64,000 bases of DNA, taken from NCBI GenBank assembly GCA_965203225.1, contig CBDBBW010000007.1, forward strand, positions 487,574-551,573. Direction: 5' to 3'. The DNA comes from Bdellovibrionales bacterium (GTDB lineage Bacteria; Bdellovibrionota; Bdellovibrionia; Bdellovibrionales; UBA1609). The notes under the pieces were generated by a model. The model did not search any database and was not told the origin of the DNA. It saw only the letters and a program-made list of their open reading frames with translations. The position numbers were made by a program, and so were the translations under genes. This document shows positions 27,549-38,842 of the stretch, piece by piece. Numbering within the stretch: the stretch's first letter is position 1; every line of letters begins with the position of its first letter.

Positions 27549-28180
27549 TTTGGTTTTTGTTTTTCCAGGTCTGAATTGTATTTTCAAAAAGCCTGTGGGT
27601 GGTTTACATTCCGAAAACGACCTTTTTCCTAATTTAGATTATTTTTGCTTGATACAAAATCTTTAAAGGCCTCCTCAAAGGCCGCTTCCCCTTGTTCTGC
27701 CGGAATAAAGGAGTTTTTTCTTTTATCTGTTCAAACTAAAAAGCCGCTTTTCTTTTATCTACAGGAACGCCCTTTCCCTTGGAAAATATTTCATATAGCT
27801 TCTTCATTTGAGCAGGAAGCACTGGTTTTGCCGCCAGCAAAATCCAATTAGTACCTTCTAATAAATTCACCGGAAAGCCGCCCTGATCTTGAGTAGTATA
27901 GGTTTTAAGACAACAGTTCCATGTAACTTAAGAGTTAGTTTTAATAAAATCATAAGCTAAGGAAATGAAAAATCACGGTATCAAACAGTTCCATGTAACT
28001 TAAGAGTTAAGTTTAATAAAACTCTACAAGTTCTTTTCCTTCATTAGATTAAAAAATATTTTTTGCCGGTGAAAATTTTTCACTGGTTGATTTTTATCTC
28101 GTTTAAGGTTAAAAACAACAAGCGATTAAAAATATCTATAAGGCGCTACGTTGTTGGAAAAAACGAAAGAAAGTGCATAT

Positions 28181-30268
28181 ATGAAAACACTTAAGCCGGA
28201 ATCCTCTCTTCAATATTTGAAAGGGGTGGGGCCGTATCTGGCGGAGGTTTTTTCCAAAAAAAACATACATACCGTACAGGATCTGATTCACTGGTATCCC
28301 AGAACTTACAGAGATCAAAGGATTATCCATAACTTTTCCCAGTTGGTGCCTGGAGCTTATGTTACTTTACATGGTTATGTTGCACGAAAAAAGGTCTTTA
28401 AACTCGGCGGCAGAAAAACAATTTATGAAATGGCGGTCAAGACACAAGGTGGATCGATAGCCTGTAAATACTTTCGTCTTCCCTACAGAGGCTATTTTGA
28501 CGGTCTTGAAATTGATCAGAAAGTGAAAGTGGTGGGAAAGGTCACTTACTATAGAAACCAACCGGAACTGCATCATCCGGATATTTATCCTTTTAAAGCG
28601 GATGAAGAAACAGATGTGCTTGTGCCCGTTTATACGGAAATGGAAAAAATCAGCCAAAATAAAATCAGAAAAATGATCACCACCGCTTTTTTCATGTTGA
28701 AGCAAAGCTCGGATTTTCTGAACTCAGATCCCCTGCCTCTTTGGCTCAGAGAGGAAAATAATCTGGTCAGTAAAATAACGGCGCTGGAGCAAATTCACAG
28801 GCCTAATCAAAATCAGGTGGAGGATTACTTGCGATTTCGTTCGCCGGCGCAAAAGCGTCTTATATTTGAAGAATTTTTCTTTTTACAGCTTTATATGGGA
28901 ATGAAAAGCAGTGGCCTGAAAAAAGAACAAAGCTACTCCATAAAGTCATCCTCCACTCTCAGTGATAAATTAAAAAACTCTCTTTCTTTTTCCCTAACTG
29001 CCGCTCAGGAAAGAGTGTTAGAGGAAATTGGCCGGGATATGCAAAACAGTTATCCCATGCATCGTCTGATTCAAGGGGATGTGGGTTGTGGGAAGACCAT
29101 TGTGGCTTTGCTTTCCGCCAGCCTGGTTATGGAAAACGGGCTTCAATGCGCCATCATGGCGCCGACGGAAATTCTGGCGGAACAACATTATAGGAACAGC
29201 TGTTCTCTTTTACAGCCTTTGGGAATCAATGTTTCTTTATTGACAGGCAAAACCCGTGTGAAACAAAAAAGAGACATATTGGAAAAACTGGCGAGCGGAT
29301 ACACCTCCCTTTGTATAGGAACTCACGCACTTATTCAGGAGTCTGTTTTGTTTAAGAAACTGGGGTTGGTGATTATTGATGAACAGCATAGGTTTGGAGT
29401 GCACCAAAGAGGTTTGTTAAAGGAAAAAGGAGTGCACCCGCATTTTTTAGTGATGACAGCCACTCCCATTCCTCGGAGTCTGGCCATGACCTTGTACGGG
29501 GATTTGGATGTGTCTGTGATTGATGAAATGCCAAAAGGAAGGCAGGCGGTGATAACTAAAAAAACCTATCAATCAAAAAGGGATCAAGTATGGTCTTTTC
29601 TGGAATCTCAAATTCAGGCCGGACGGCAGGCGTATATTGTGTATCCTTTGGTGGAAGAGAGTGAAAATATTGATTTGAAAAACGCGGTGGAGGAGTATGA
29701 AAAGCTGAAAAAAAGATTTCCCGATTTTAAACTGGGCCTGTTGCATGGCCGGTTGTCTTTTTTTGAAAAGCAGGAGGTTATGTCCGATTTTTTAAAAGCG
29801 GAAATTCAGATACTGGTAAGCACCACTGTTATTGAAGTGGGGGTGGATGTAGCCAACGCCAGTGTGATGGTTGTGGAGCACGCGGATCGATTTGGCTTAT
29901 CCCAACTGCATCAGTTAAGAGGCCGTGTGGGAAGGGGAAAACACAAAAGCTACTGTGTGTTGGTGTTTTCCAATGGCTTTTCCGAAGAAGCCGCCAACCG
30001 TCTCTCTATTATGGAAAAGACAAATGACGGGTTTAAAATTGCTGAAGCGGATTTGGAAATAAGAGGGCCAGGGGAGTTTTTGGGAACCCGTCAGGCCGGT
30101 CTGCCGGAATTTAGAGTGGCTCACCTTGTTCGGGATGTGAGTCTCCTTCAACAGGCTAAAACAGCCGCCTTCAAGATGATAAAAAAAGACCCTTATTTAA
30201 GTTTGCCGGAGCACCAGCTTTTAAAAAAAGAAATGCAAAAACTTTCCAATCGTCTTCTGCCAGGATGA
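28181..30268 (+). CDS. recG: ATP-dependent DNA helicase RecG
   Basis: Wedge/OB N-terminus, Walker A GDVGCGKT, motif II IIDEQHRFG, QLHQLRGRVGRG. The track start 28151 is TTG, so ATG 28181 is preferred. Confidence 0.9.
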   Translation: MKTLKPESSLQYLKGVGPYLAEVFSKKNIHTVQDLIHWYPRTYRDQRIIHNFSQLVPGAYVTLHGYVARKKVFKLGGRKTIYEMAVKTQGGSIACKYFRLPYRGYFDGLEIDQKVKVVGKVTYYRNQPELHHPDIYPFKADEETDVLVPVYTEMEKISQNKIRKMITTAFFMLKQSSDFLNSDPLPLWLREENNLVSKITALEQIHRPNQNQVEDYLRFRSPAQKRLIFEEFFFLQLYMGMKSSGLKKEQSYSIKSSSTLSDKLKNSLSFSLTAAQERVLEEIGRDMQNSYPMHRLIQGDVGCGKTIVALLSASLVMENGLQCAIMAPTEILAEQHYRNSCSLLQPLGINVSLLTGKTRVKQKRDILEKLASGYTSLCIGTHALIQESVLFKKLGLVIIDEQHRFGVHQRGLLKEKGVHPHFLVMTATPIPRSLAMTLYGDLDVSVIDEMPKGRQAVITKKTYQSKRDQVWSFLESQIQAGRQAYIVYPLVEESENIDLKNAVEEYEKLKKRFPDFKLGLLHGRLSFFEKQEVMSDFLKAEIQILVSTTVIEVGVDVANASVMVVEHADRFGLSQLHQLRGRVGRGKHKSYCVLVFSNGFSEEAANRLSIMEKTNDGFKIAEADLEIRGPGEFLGTRQAGLPEFRVAHLVRDVSLLQQAKTAAFKMIKKDPYLSLPEHQLLKKEMQKLSNRLLPG

Positions 30269-30558
30269 CAATTCATGGATTTGTCTGCTTTTTATTTTAT
30301 TGTGAGGCTTTATTCAAACAGGAACTTTATTTACTGAATTATAGCTTCAGGCATAATGCTCTTTTTAAATTGTAGGACTTTGTTCAAACAGGAACACTTA
30401 AATCCAGTATTATACGCACCAATCAAAAAATGGTAGGTGATAAAATATGTTTTCCACACTAAAGTTGCTTGATTTAAAAAGTTTAATAAAGTTATACTCT
30501 TGCTGTTTATATCTTCTTAAGTTTTTTTCCTGATAGAAAATTCAAAAGGAAAACTTTT

Positions 30559-31575
30559 ATGAAAGAGAAAAATCGCAGTAAAGCCTCTTCCTTCGTAAGC
30601 TCTCAGGTAAAAAAAATAATTGGTTTCTATGAGTCGGAAAATTTAGGTGTTATCAATAACCTGACCCGGCTCTTGAATCATGGTTATTTGGGAGGAACGG
30701 GCAAGCTGGTTATTTTACCGGTGGATCAGGGATTTGAGCATGGTCCCATCCCGAGTTTCGGCTGTAACACGAACATCAGAGCCGATTCAGAAGAGCGCTT
30801 TCAGAGTGACTCGGCGGACACCCCTTATGATCCCCACTATCATTTCAAGCTGGCCATAGCCTCCGGCTGTAATGCCTATGCCGCGCCTTTGGGTTTTTTG
30901 CAAGCCGGTGGAAGAACATTTGCCGGAGAAATACCTCTTATTTTAAAGATTAATAATTCAGACAGTCTTTATAAGGACTCCTCCGCGCCGATTCCGGCTT
31001 TAACCTCTTCGGTGGAATCCGCTTTACAGCTGGGCTGTTCGGCGGTGGGTTTTACGATTTATCCTGGGAGTGAAAAGAGAAAACAAATGTACGAGGAAAT
31101 AGCAAGAGTGTCCGAGTACGCCCGGAAATACGGGCTGGCCGTGGTGATATGGTCCTATCCCAGAGGGAAAGGAGTTAGTAAAAAAGGAGAAACGGCTTTA
31201 GATATGGTGGCTTACTCAGCCCATATAGCCGCTCAGTTGGGCGCGCATATTATTAAAGTCAAACCCCCTTCGTATTATATTGAAAATGAAGAAGTCAAAC
31301 ATCTCTTTCAGGAGCAAAACATAGAGATGGACACACTTTCCAATCGTGTTCGTTATGTTGTTCAATCCGCTTTTAACGGCAGGAGAATAGTCATTTTTAG
31401 CGGAGGTCCGGCCAAGGAAATAAGTGTGTTTATGAGAGAAAGTAAGGAGTTGGCTGCAGGCGGCTCTTTTGGAAGCATCATCGGCCGCAACGCCTTTAAA
31501 CGGCCTTTCAATTCCGCCGTGGATCTGCTTAGAGAGGTAATGGATATTTATAAAAGCAACATGGCAAATAACTAG
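30559..31575 (+). CDS. fbaB: Class I fructose-bisphosphate aldolase, FbaB/DhnA type
   Basis: GGTGKLVILPVDQGFEHGP, HIIKVKPP (Schiff-base Lys region) and IIGRNAFKRP...VMDIY align by eye with E. coli FbaB (GTGYLSILPVDQGVEHS, IVKQK, ILGRKAFKK...VQDVY). Confidence 0.8.
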   Translation: MKEKNRSKASSFVSSQVKKIIGFYESENLGVINNLTRLLNHGYLGGTGKLVILPVDQGFEHGPIPSFGCNTNIRADSEERFQSDSADTPYDPHYHFKLAIASGCNAYAAPLGFLQAGGRTFAGEIPLILKINNSDSLYKDSSAPIPALTSSVESALQLGCSAVGFTIYPGSEKRKQMYEEIARVSEYARKYGLAVVIWSYPRGKGVSKKGETALDMVAYSAHIAAQLGAHIIKVKPPSYYIENEEVKHLFQEQNIEMDTLSNRVRYVVQSAFNGRRIVIFSGGPAKEISVFMRESKELAAGGSFGSIIGRNAFKRPFNSAVDLLREVMDIYKSNMANN

Positions 31576-31710
31576 GACTGAGACCCTGCGGGAACATGGT
31601 GGGAAAATCACGGGCAAATAAAAATAATATGTTAAATAACCGGAACTGAGATTAAAAAAAATAAAAATAATATGTCAAGTAACCGGAACTGAGATTAAGA
31701 AAAAATAAAC

Positions 31711-33198
31711 ATGGAAAAAGACAATGTGTTAAGAGAGGAAAAAAAAAGAAAGCTTAAAGAGCTTTTGGAAAAAAACCTCAACCCTTATCCTCATAATTTT
31801 AAGCGCACTCATGTCAGCTCTCAAATTCAAAAACAGTATGAGTATTTAAAAATCGGTGAGTCTGCGGAGGAAAAAGTGTGGACTGCCGGTCGTTTGATGC
31901 TTAAAAGAGGCATGGGCAAAGCGGCTTTTTTCAATATTCAGGATCAAGAGGGGGCTTTGCAGTGTTATCTTAAAGTTCAGGAGCTGGATGAACAGTCCAA
32001 TCAGTTTTTTTCCCTGGTGGACATTGGAGATATTGTGGGAGTCTGTGGAGCTTTGTTTCGCACCAAAAAAGGTGAGTTGACCTTAAGATGTGGAGCATTT
32101 CAGATTTTATGTAAAAGCCTTGAACCTCTTCCTGAAAAATATCATGGCGTGGAGGACATGAAATTAAAATACAGACACCGGTATTTGGATTTGATTATGA
32201 ATCCGGAGGCCAAAAAAGTTTTTCTTATACGTACAAAGGTGATAAAGGTTATTCGCTCTTTTATGGATGAGAGAGGCTTTATTGAAGTGGAAACACCGGT
32301 GTTGCAGCCACTTTATGGAGGAGCTGAAGCTCAGCCTTTTTCCACTTATCATCGGACTTTGGATTGCAATTTATATTTAAAAATTTCGCCCGAACTTTAT
32401 TTGAAACGACTGATTGTAGGTGGATTTGAAAAGGTGTATGAGCTGGGGAAAAACTTTAGAAACGAAGGGATAGATCGGTCTCACAATCCTGAGTTTATGA
32501 TGTTGGAATATTATGAAGCTTATACAGATTATTTGGATCAGATGAAACAGTTTGAAGAGCTGGTTTGTCATGTAGTAAAAAGTATAAAAGGCTCCTTGAA
32601 GTTTGAGTATCAAGGCCGGTCTTTGGATTTTTCCCCTCCTTGGAAAAGGATCAGTGTGTTGGAAGGGATCGAAAAACAAGGTGGTTTTTCGGTGGAGCGG
32701 ATGAGTAATGATGAGCTTTTTGAAAAAATAAAATCATTGGGATCGGATTTTGAAGGTGAGGTAAGTAGAGGAGCCATGATTATGAATGCTTTTGAATTAG
32801 TAGTGGAAAAACAGATTTGGGATCCTGTGTTTATTACTGATTTTCCAAAAGATATATCCCCTTTAACCAAGGAACATCGAACGCATCGGGATTTGGTGGA
32901 GAGATTTGAGCCTTTCGCCGGCGGAATGGAGTTGGGCAACGCCTACACGGAGTTGAACGATCCGGTGGATCAAAGAAGCAGGCTGGAGGAGCAGGAAAAA
33001 CAAAGGGAACAGAAGAAAGATCATTATCATCCTATGGATTATGATTTCGCAAAGGCTATTGATGTGGGTATGCCTCCCACAGGCGGCGTGGGTTTGGGTG
33101 TGGAACGGTTGATTCTCCTGCTGGCCAATCAGCCCGGCATAAAAGATATTATTTTGTTTCCCACCCTGAAACTGCTTGGGAGTGAAATAAAAAAATAA
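31711..33198 (+). CDS. lysS: Lysine--tRNA ligase, class II
   Basis: OB anticodon-binding N-terminus, YRHRYLDL, FRNEGIDRSHNPEFMMLEYY, GGVGLGVERL. Confidence 0.9.
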   Translation: MEKDNVLREEKKRKLKELLEKNLNPYPHNFKRTHVSSQIQKQYEYLKIGESAEEKVWTAGRLMLKRGMGKAAFFNIQDQEGALQCYLKVQELDEQSNQFFSLVDIGDIVGVCGALFRTKKGELTLRCGAFQILCKSLEPLPEKYHGVEDMKLKYRHRYLDLIMNPEAKKVFLIRTKVIKVIRSFMDERGFIEVETPVLQPLYGGAEAQPFSTYHRTLDCNLYLKISPELYLKRLIVGGFEKVYELGKNFRNEGIDRSHNPEFMMLEYYEAYTDYLDQMKQFEELVCHVVKSIKGSLKFEYQGRSLDFSPPWKRISVLEGIEKQGGFSVERMSNDELFEKIKSLGSDFEGEVSRGAMIMNAFELVVEKQIWDPVFITDFPKDISPLTKEHRTHRDLVERFEPFAGGMELGNAYTELNDPVDQRSRLEEQEKQREQKKDHYHPMDYDFAKAIDVGMPPTGGVGLGVERLILLLANQPGIKDIILFPTLKLLGSEIKK

Positions 33199-33256
33199 GC
33201 TGTAATTTTAATTTAAGAATAGGCTGACTTTAATTTTTTTGGACATCAATTTTGTT

Positions 33257-36200
33257 TTATTCATTAGTGGGTAAAAACGGAGGAAGTGTTGATTTCGCGT
33301 CATGCCACTTTTTGAGGATGTCTGATAATATAGGGTTTATTTCCGGTAGTAGTTTTTTTAGCTCATCTTTGTTGTTGGTTGTTTCGTCCAGTATGTCTTT
33401 TGCAACAATAATGCTGGGAAGTGACATTTGACTCGCGAGTTGAATGCCAGCAATTTTCTTATTTTTTTGGTCATTATTAATGAGATTTGCTATTGAGGAG
33501 AGTTTTTGATAGTACTCCATGCGATTTTCCAGTATCTTTCGGTCTGTAATTGTTATCGATGATTCCAGTTCGGCTAATGTTTCAATTGTTGCTTCTAACC
33601 TTCTATATCTGCTGTTAGATCCTACAATGGGTTGATTTCCTTGAGAGTTTTTTCCATAAAGCTTAATAACAGCTTCTTTAAGCTCTTTGCCCATTTCACC
33701 GTTTTCCATAGCAGTGATGGCGTTTTTTCTAATTGTTTTTGCATTTTGCACATAATATGAAAATACATCTTCAAAATGATTAATATCCGGCATATGTTTC
33801 TCAAAAATCTTCATGACCTCTTCTGCATTCATTTGTTCCGGCTGGCTTTCGGCTATTAGAGCGAACTCCTTCTCCACAGCCGCCGCCATTTTAATTTGAG
33901 CAGGCAATATTGTTTGTTCAAAATTCTGCTGGTGCTTTTGAACTTCTTTGATTAAAGAATGGGGAGGGTTATCGAATATGGCTTCCAATGCTTCTTTAAT
34001 TGTTTTGATAGATTGTTCCACTTCTATAATTAAAGAGTTATGTGTTTTTTTATGTTTGTCCATCTCAATTTGCAGTTTATTTCTTAATTCCAATAACTCT
34101 ATCCGATTGTTCACTATTGTTTCTAAAGCTGTATGATCATTTTGTATTCTGTTATAGACACTCTGCTCTTTGACGAGCGCATTAATATGGTGTAGTGCAG
34201 TGTTCACATGTTCAAGCAAGGCTTGATTTTTTGTTTTGGAAAATTCGGCCTGCATTTTTTGTAATGTCGTCTGTAAATATGTCAATACTTTCGGGGTGAT
34301 TTCTCCGTCTTCAGTTAAACTTTCCGTTTTTTCAGGGATTTGAATACCTAAATTGTTCAGCAGATCCTGTAGTAGTTGAGCACCTCTTTTTTTAGTATCT
34401 GGATGGTTTTGTGTAGCCATATTTTTCAATTCTGTCCACTCAGGTACATATAGGCTATTAATGATTTGATCATTTTCGAGATGTTCATTTATAAGCTGGA
34501 GCAATTTTTTATTAACTGTATCGGGAAGCTGGTAAGATGCTATCTCTTTTTCTATGCTCTCAATATCTTTTAATTTAAGTAAATTGTTTACAAAATGAAC
34601 TGGTTTTTTGGTTTGTGATGAGTTCTGCAATTTTTTAAACTCTGGCTTTAGATGTTCATTCAGTGTTCTCAGCGCTGTTTCTGTTATAATGGGTAGAGAG
34701 TTATGCCCGTTAAGTTTAAATGTTGAGCTCTCTTCCTGCGAAGGTATAGCGGTTGTAATCTGATCTTTCAAGCTTAATAATATATCTTTAATTTTTTTAT
34801 TTCTTATTTTATTAAGATGGTCTGGGGAGGTGAGATAATTTAGTTCCCCTTTCAAAGAGTTTAATTTATTAAAATCTTTTACTTCACTCAACTGAGTTAA
34901 CCAAAAAGCGATTCGCAGTTGAGGATTACTGTAAGGAAGCAAAAGAGTTACCACTTTTTGGTTTATAGCCCGAAGTTTATCCATAGCTAAGTTAAAATTT
35001 GGCAAGACTTTTTGGTCCTTCATAAATTCGAAGTCCCTTAGAAAATTCCTGAACGCAAGATTATTTGCATATTCCTGAACAATTCTAAAATAAGTAGGTA
35101 TATTTACTTTTTTGGAAGCAGATAACTGAACTCTTTCCTCTAGTCTATCAATATTTTGTTTGAGATTGGTTATATTATCAGGAGAATGTGACTGAACATG
35201 AGGATTTGCTTCTATAAAGTGTTTAATTTCTCCAAAAGAACCCTGTGAGTTTAATTCTTCTAAAGAGAGTTGATTTTGCTTGAGTAAGGATTGTTCTATA
35301 AACCCAGCGACGTTTTCTTTGGCAGTTTTAATGTTGAATAAGGTTAATTGTTTTTCGATAAAAGCTGTGATTAATTTGTCTTGCATACCTTCTTTTTTAT
35401 CCGTAGTCAAAAAATCTTGAATTATGTGACCTACTTTCGTCTCTTTGCGGTTTCGATCTAGTTTGTATGGGAGTGTATCTAAAAAATGCGCTTCCACATT
35501 TTCCAGCCCTTCGTAATACTCACGATAAAGCTTTTCAAATCCGAGAAAAACCAAAGGGTCGTATTCGCCCACAAGCATTAACGCCGGAATAAATTTTTTT
35601 CCTTTATGTTCAGGAATATACTGTAAGGCTTCTAATATGATTTTCGTAGCATAGCTACTTCCCAAAAGGGAGTATTTTCCCCTCCTGATTATCTCTTCCC
35701 ATAAACCTTTTTCCATATCGGCGGCCTCATTCTGCCTAGAAGTATTAACTTCGTCTAATATTTTTGTGTAGTTCTCGTATATGACTTCACGAGGTGTGTT
35801 AGGGGTTGCGCCTGTAAATGCGTTGGAAAGGATAATGGCTCCAGAAAGGCTTTTGTGGAAATGAAAATCTGGTTGTTCTGTCATCCTCATTAATTGCTCT
35901 GCGAATAGGGCACCCCAGCTGTGTCCCGCAACGAATAAAGGAACATGAGGTGGAAGGTATTTGCGGGCAAAGCTCCCCAACATTTTAATCACGCCTTCTA
36001 AACTCAAAAGGTCTCTAGGGCCTTGACCGTGATAAGGTAAATCCACAGCCACTACATGTATACCAAGATTGTGATAATGATTTATCATATTCACTGCCGT
36101 ATGAGCGCCAGTAGATTTGGTTCCCCCGCCATGCAGGTATAATATAACGGCTTTTGCACCTGCCCCCGCCAGCCAATTTTTTTGTGTTTCCATATTATCT

Positions 36201-36619
36201 ACAAGAGCTCCTATGCTGAATGCCACATTTGTGTGAAGTGTAAGCTTCGGAGATGATGGGTGTGGGAATGAGGCTCTGCCCATTATCGTGTACCCCGTCG
36301 GCGGTCTTAGTTTAATGGTAGTTTGCGTTGCAGGTTTATAGAGCTGATACCGGAGAAGGTGAACACCTTCGGGTAAAAGCGCGTTCAGCATTTCCGGAAC
36401 TTTCGGATTTGAAGGGGGGAGGTTCCATAGCTTCGATAATTTTATGTCTTTTACAAAATTTACGCCCGTAGGCTCAACTTTCCTGCTTTCGGGTAATTGT
36501 TTCAGAACCTGAAATTCATAATATAATTTGGCAAAAGCATTCTTGCATTCAAGTTCAGAGAAGGAAATACAAGGAAATAAAAGTAAATATAAAAAAATAA
36601 TTGGTTTTAAAATACGCAT
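33257..36619 (-). CDS. Large secreted alpha/beta-hydrolase (lipase/esterase-like) with ~700-aa helical C-terminal region
   Basis: Signal MRILKPIIFLYLLLFPCISFS. The oxyanion region ILYLHGGG and the nucleophile elbow GHSWGA sit within the first ~400 aa. The rest is Lys/Glu/Gln-rich helical sequence with no motif I can name. Confidence 0.55.
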   Translation of the reverse strand: MRILKPIIFLYLLLFPCISFSELECKNAFAKLYYEFQVLKQLPESRKVEPTGVNFVKDIKLSKLWNLPPSNPKVPEMLNALLPEGVHLLRYQLYKPATQTTIKLRPPTGYTIMGRASFPHPSSPKLTLHTNVAFSIGALVDNMETQKNWLAGAGAKAVILYLHGGGTKSTGAHTAVNMINHYHNLGIHVVAVDLPYHGQGPRDLLSLEGVIKMLGSFARKYLPPHVPLFVAGHSWGALFAEQLMRMTEQPDFHFHKSLSGAIILSNAFTGATPNTPREVIYENYTKILDEVNTSRQNEAADMEKGLWEEIIRRGKYSLLGSSYATKIILEALQYIPEHKGKKFIPALMLVGEYDPLVFLGFEKLYREYYEGLENVEAHFLDTLPYKLDRNRKETKVGHIIQDFLTTDKKEGMQDKLITAFIEKQLTLFNIKTAKENVAGFIEQSLLKQNQLSLEELNSQGSFGEIKHFIEANPHVQSHSPDNITNLKQNIDRLEERVQLSASKKVNIPTYFRIVQEYANNLAFRNFLRDFEFMKDQKVLPNFNLAMDKLRAINQKVVTLLLPYSNPQLRIAFWLTQLSEVKDFNKLNSLKGELNYLTSPDHLNKIRNKKIKDILLSLKDQITTAIPSQEESSTFKLNGHNSLPIITETALRTLNEHLKPEFKKLQNSSQTKKPVHFVNNLLKLKDIESIEKEIASYQLPDTVNKKLLQLINEHLENDQIINSLYVPEWTELKNMATQNHPDTKKRGAQLLQDLLNNLGIQIPEKTESLTEDGEITPKVLTYLQTTLQKMQAEFSKTKNQALLEHVNTALHHINALVKEQSVYNRIQNDHTALETIVNNRIELLELRNKLQIEMDKHKKTHNSLIIEVEQSIKTIKEALEAIFDNPPHSLIKEVQKHQQNFEQTILPAQIKMAAAVEKEFALIAESQPEQMNAEEVMKIFEKHMPDINHFEDVFSYYVQNAKTIRKNAITAMENGEMGKELKEAVIKLYGKNSQGNQPIVGSNSRYRRLEATIETLAELESSITITDRKILENRMEYYQKLSSIANLINNDQKNKKIAGIQLASQMSLPSIIVAKDILDETTNNKDELKKLLPEINPILSDILKKWHDAKSTLPPFLPTNE

Positions 36620-36987
36620 TATTGATTCCTAATTCTTTAAACTCCTAAAATCCAACATCCTGTTCTACCAGTTGATAAAGATTGTGCAACCTAAAACATC
36701 ACTGGCACTTTATACCGGACACATCATTGACAGTTGCTCCAATGGATTATCCCGCCAAAGGAACCCCACTCCAACTTATAACCCTCTTCATCAAAGCAAC
36801 CTATATCACATAGTTCATTGTATAGGTGAAATGAGATTACAGAACATACTACTTAAGTGGTTCAAACTACAGCGACAAAATAAAAATCTAAATTAATTGT
36901 ATTTTTTACACTAATTTTTTTATGATAAGCAATTGATTTGAATATTCAGAAATAAAAGTTATATCTGCCATAAGTTTTAATAATTCT

Positions 36988-37323
36988 TTATAAATTATTG
37001 GCCGGTGTTTTTAATTTTGAATCCATCCATGAAAGAAACAGTGTGTTACCCTTTAAAATAGGAATAAACACCACACAGGGACAAGTGTAACTGTGATGAC
37101 TCACGACTGTTTTCTGCAGGTCATCAAATAAATCCTGACGGGTTTTAAGAATCAAAACGGTTTCTGTTTCTTCCTTGTACTTTCCATTCCATTCATAACC
37201 GGATGAAATGGAGGGGAAAATGTTGATGCAGGCGGTTAGGTTTTTATTGAGGCAGGCTTGAGCTATTTTCCTGGCTTCCTGAATATCTTTAGTTGTGACA
37301 TAAACAAAACCGTACTGTTTCAT
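36988..37323 (-). CDS. cutA: Divalent-cation tolerance protein CutA
   Basis: 111 aa. FVYVTT...AQ..L....AC.NI.P.I.S.Y.W.G.....E..LI.KT is the CutA1 pattern. Confidence 0.75.
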   Translation of the reverse strand: MKQYGFVYVTTKDIQEARKIAQACLNKNLTACINIFPSISSGYEWNGKYKEETETVLILKTRQDLFDDLQKTVVSHHSYTCPCVVFIPILKGNTLFLSWMDSKLKTPANNL

Positions 37324-37592
37324 TATCGCTTATTCCTGTTGTTTTCCTGCTTTCATTGTAAGTTCATCTTGTGAAGTTTGTTTTTTGCAGTATGTCAATA
37401 TTAAAGAAACTTTTTTACAGACTTGTTGTCTTTTTCGGAGGCTAACGACACAGTGCTTTTGTCCCATTAATTTTCAACATAATACTTCCTCTCTGATATC
37501 TCTGGTGTCATTTCTTTTCACAAGTAAGAGGTGCGTAGGCGAAATGGGGTCACGGGCAAAAAGAAGGTGCACCGGGATCATTTTTATTTATG

Positions 37593-38630
37593 TCAAATTC
37601 TGTTCATTGTTCTTTTTCTGATCTGCCATTGTTCCAAGGCGTACTGTCTCATGTCTTCCACAGAATCAAACTCATCCACAATTTCTACGCCCAACAAGGT
37701 TTCCACAGCGTCCTCCAAAGTTACCAGTCCGGTTAATACGCCATAAGAATCCACGGCAACAAAAATATGCTCCTTTCTTTTAATAAATTGGTCCAAAGCC
37801 GCGGACACTGAAATTTGATCCGGAATAGAATGAATGGGTTTCATATACTCTTCCAAGCTTATATCGAATAAGTCCTGTGAGTAAGCTTCCAGTATTTTAT
37901 AGCGGTGGATAAAACCCACCACCTGGTCCAAACTGTCTTCATAAACCGGAACACGGGAAAAACGAATAGGTTGATTTTTTTCCATCACTTCTTTGATTTT
38001 TATTTTTTTGTTAAAAGCCAGAATCACCGCCCGTGGAGTCATTATTTCAGATACTTTCAGTGTATCCAGCATAAGCAAATTCTTAATCACCCGGCTTTCT
38101 TTTTGTCCGATAGTGCCTTCGCTGGCGCCCATTTCCGCTGTGACGATCATGTCTTCACGGGTGACGGAAGCACCTTTTTTTCGAGACAGTAATTTGTTTA
38201 GCTTTTCTGAAAACCAGACAGCCGGATAGAGAACAAAAATAAGAGCGCCCACCAAATAGGCCACCACAGGGGCCAGGATGCGCCAGTAATTTGCCCCCAC
38301 TGTTTTGGGAATAATCTCTGAAAAAATCAAGATCACAAGGGTGAGAATAATTGACGCCAAAGTAACATAAGCGCTTCCGTATAAAGTATGAACCTGCGCT
38401 CCCACTCCAGCGGCACCCACCATATTGGCGAAAGTATTTAAAGTTAAAATAGCGGAAAGCGGCCGATTTATCTGATTTTTAAGTGATTTTAATAAGTTAC
38501 CGTAAGGTTTCTTGTGCTTGATAGCCGCTCGCACATAGACGGATGTAGTGGAAAGCATCACCGCCTCCATTACGGAGCAACAAAATGACACCACTACAGC
38601 CAGAAAAAAATAAATAAACAATAAGGTCAT
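37593..38630 (-). CDS. CNNM/DUF21 + CBS-pair transporter (hemolysin-family/CorC-like)
   Basis: Four N-terminal TM helices (DUF21), then KVSEIMTPR...PVYEDSLDQVVGFIH...LTGLVTLEDAVE (CBS pair). Confidence 0.75.
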   Translation of the reverse strand: MTLLFIYFFLAVVVSFCCSVMEAVMLSTTSVYVRAAIKHKKPYGNLLKSLKNQINRPLSAILTLNTFANMVGAAGVGAQVHTLYGSAYVTLASIILTLVILIFSEIIPKTVGANYWRILAPVVAYLVGALIFVLYPAVWFSEKLNKLLSRKKGASVTREDMIVTAEMGASEGTIGQKESRVIKNLLMLDTLKVSEIMTPRAVILAFNKKIKIKEVMEKNQPIRFSRVPVYEDSLDQVVGFIHRYKILEAYSQDLFDISLEEYMKPIHSIPDQISVSAALDQFIKRKEHIFVAVDSYGVLTGLVTLEDAVETLLGVEIVDEFDSVEDMRQYALEQWQIRKRTMNRI

Positions 38631-38842
38631 TTAAAGACCACCTGCTTCCAGCCATCTATAAAAAAATACAATAATATCATGGATTTTACTGAACAAGCGA
38701 TAAAGAAATAAAGCCGGTTTACCCGAATCAGGGTCATCCTTATCAGACTTTTCACTTGTTACCAATAAAGAAACAAAAGAGGACAATAGGGCACCACTCA
38801 TATATCAAATCTGATATTAACAAATTTTCCGATCATTTTACA

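Noticed and set aside
27645-27851. 68-aa ORF in the secF-recG intergenic region, and the two ~40-bp repeats at about 27910-28020
   Set aside because: There is no coding signal. The repeats are another small local duplication (aacagttccatgtaacttaagagtta). No ncRNA signature (tmRNA, SRP, RNase P, 6S) was recognisable by eye.
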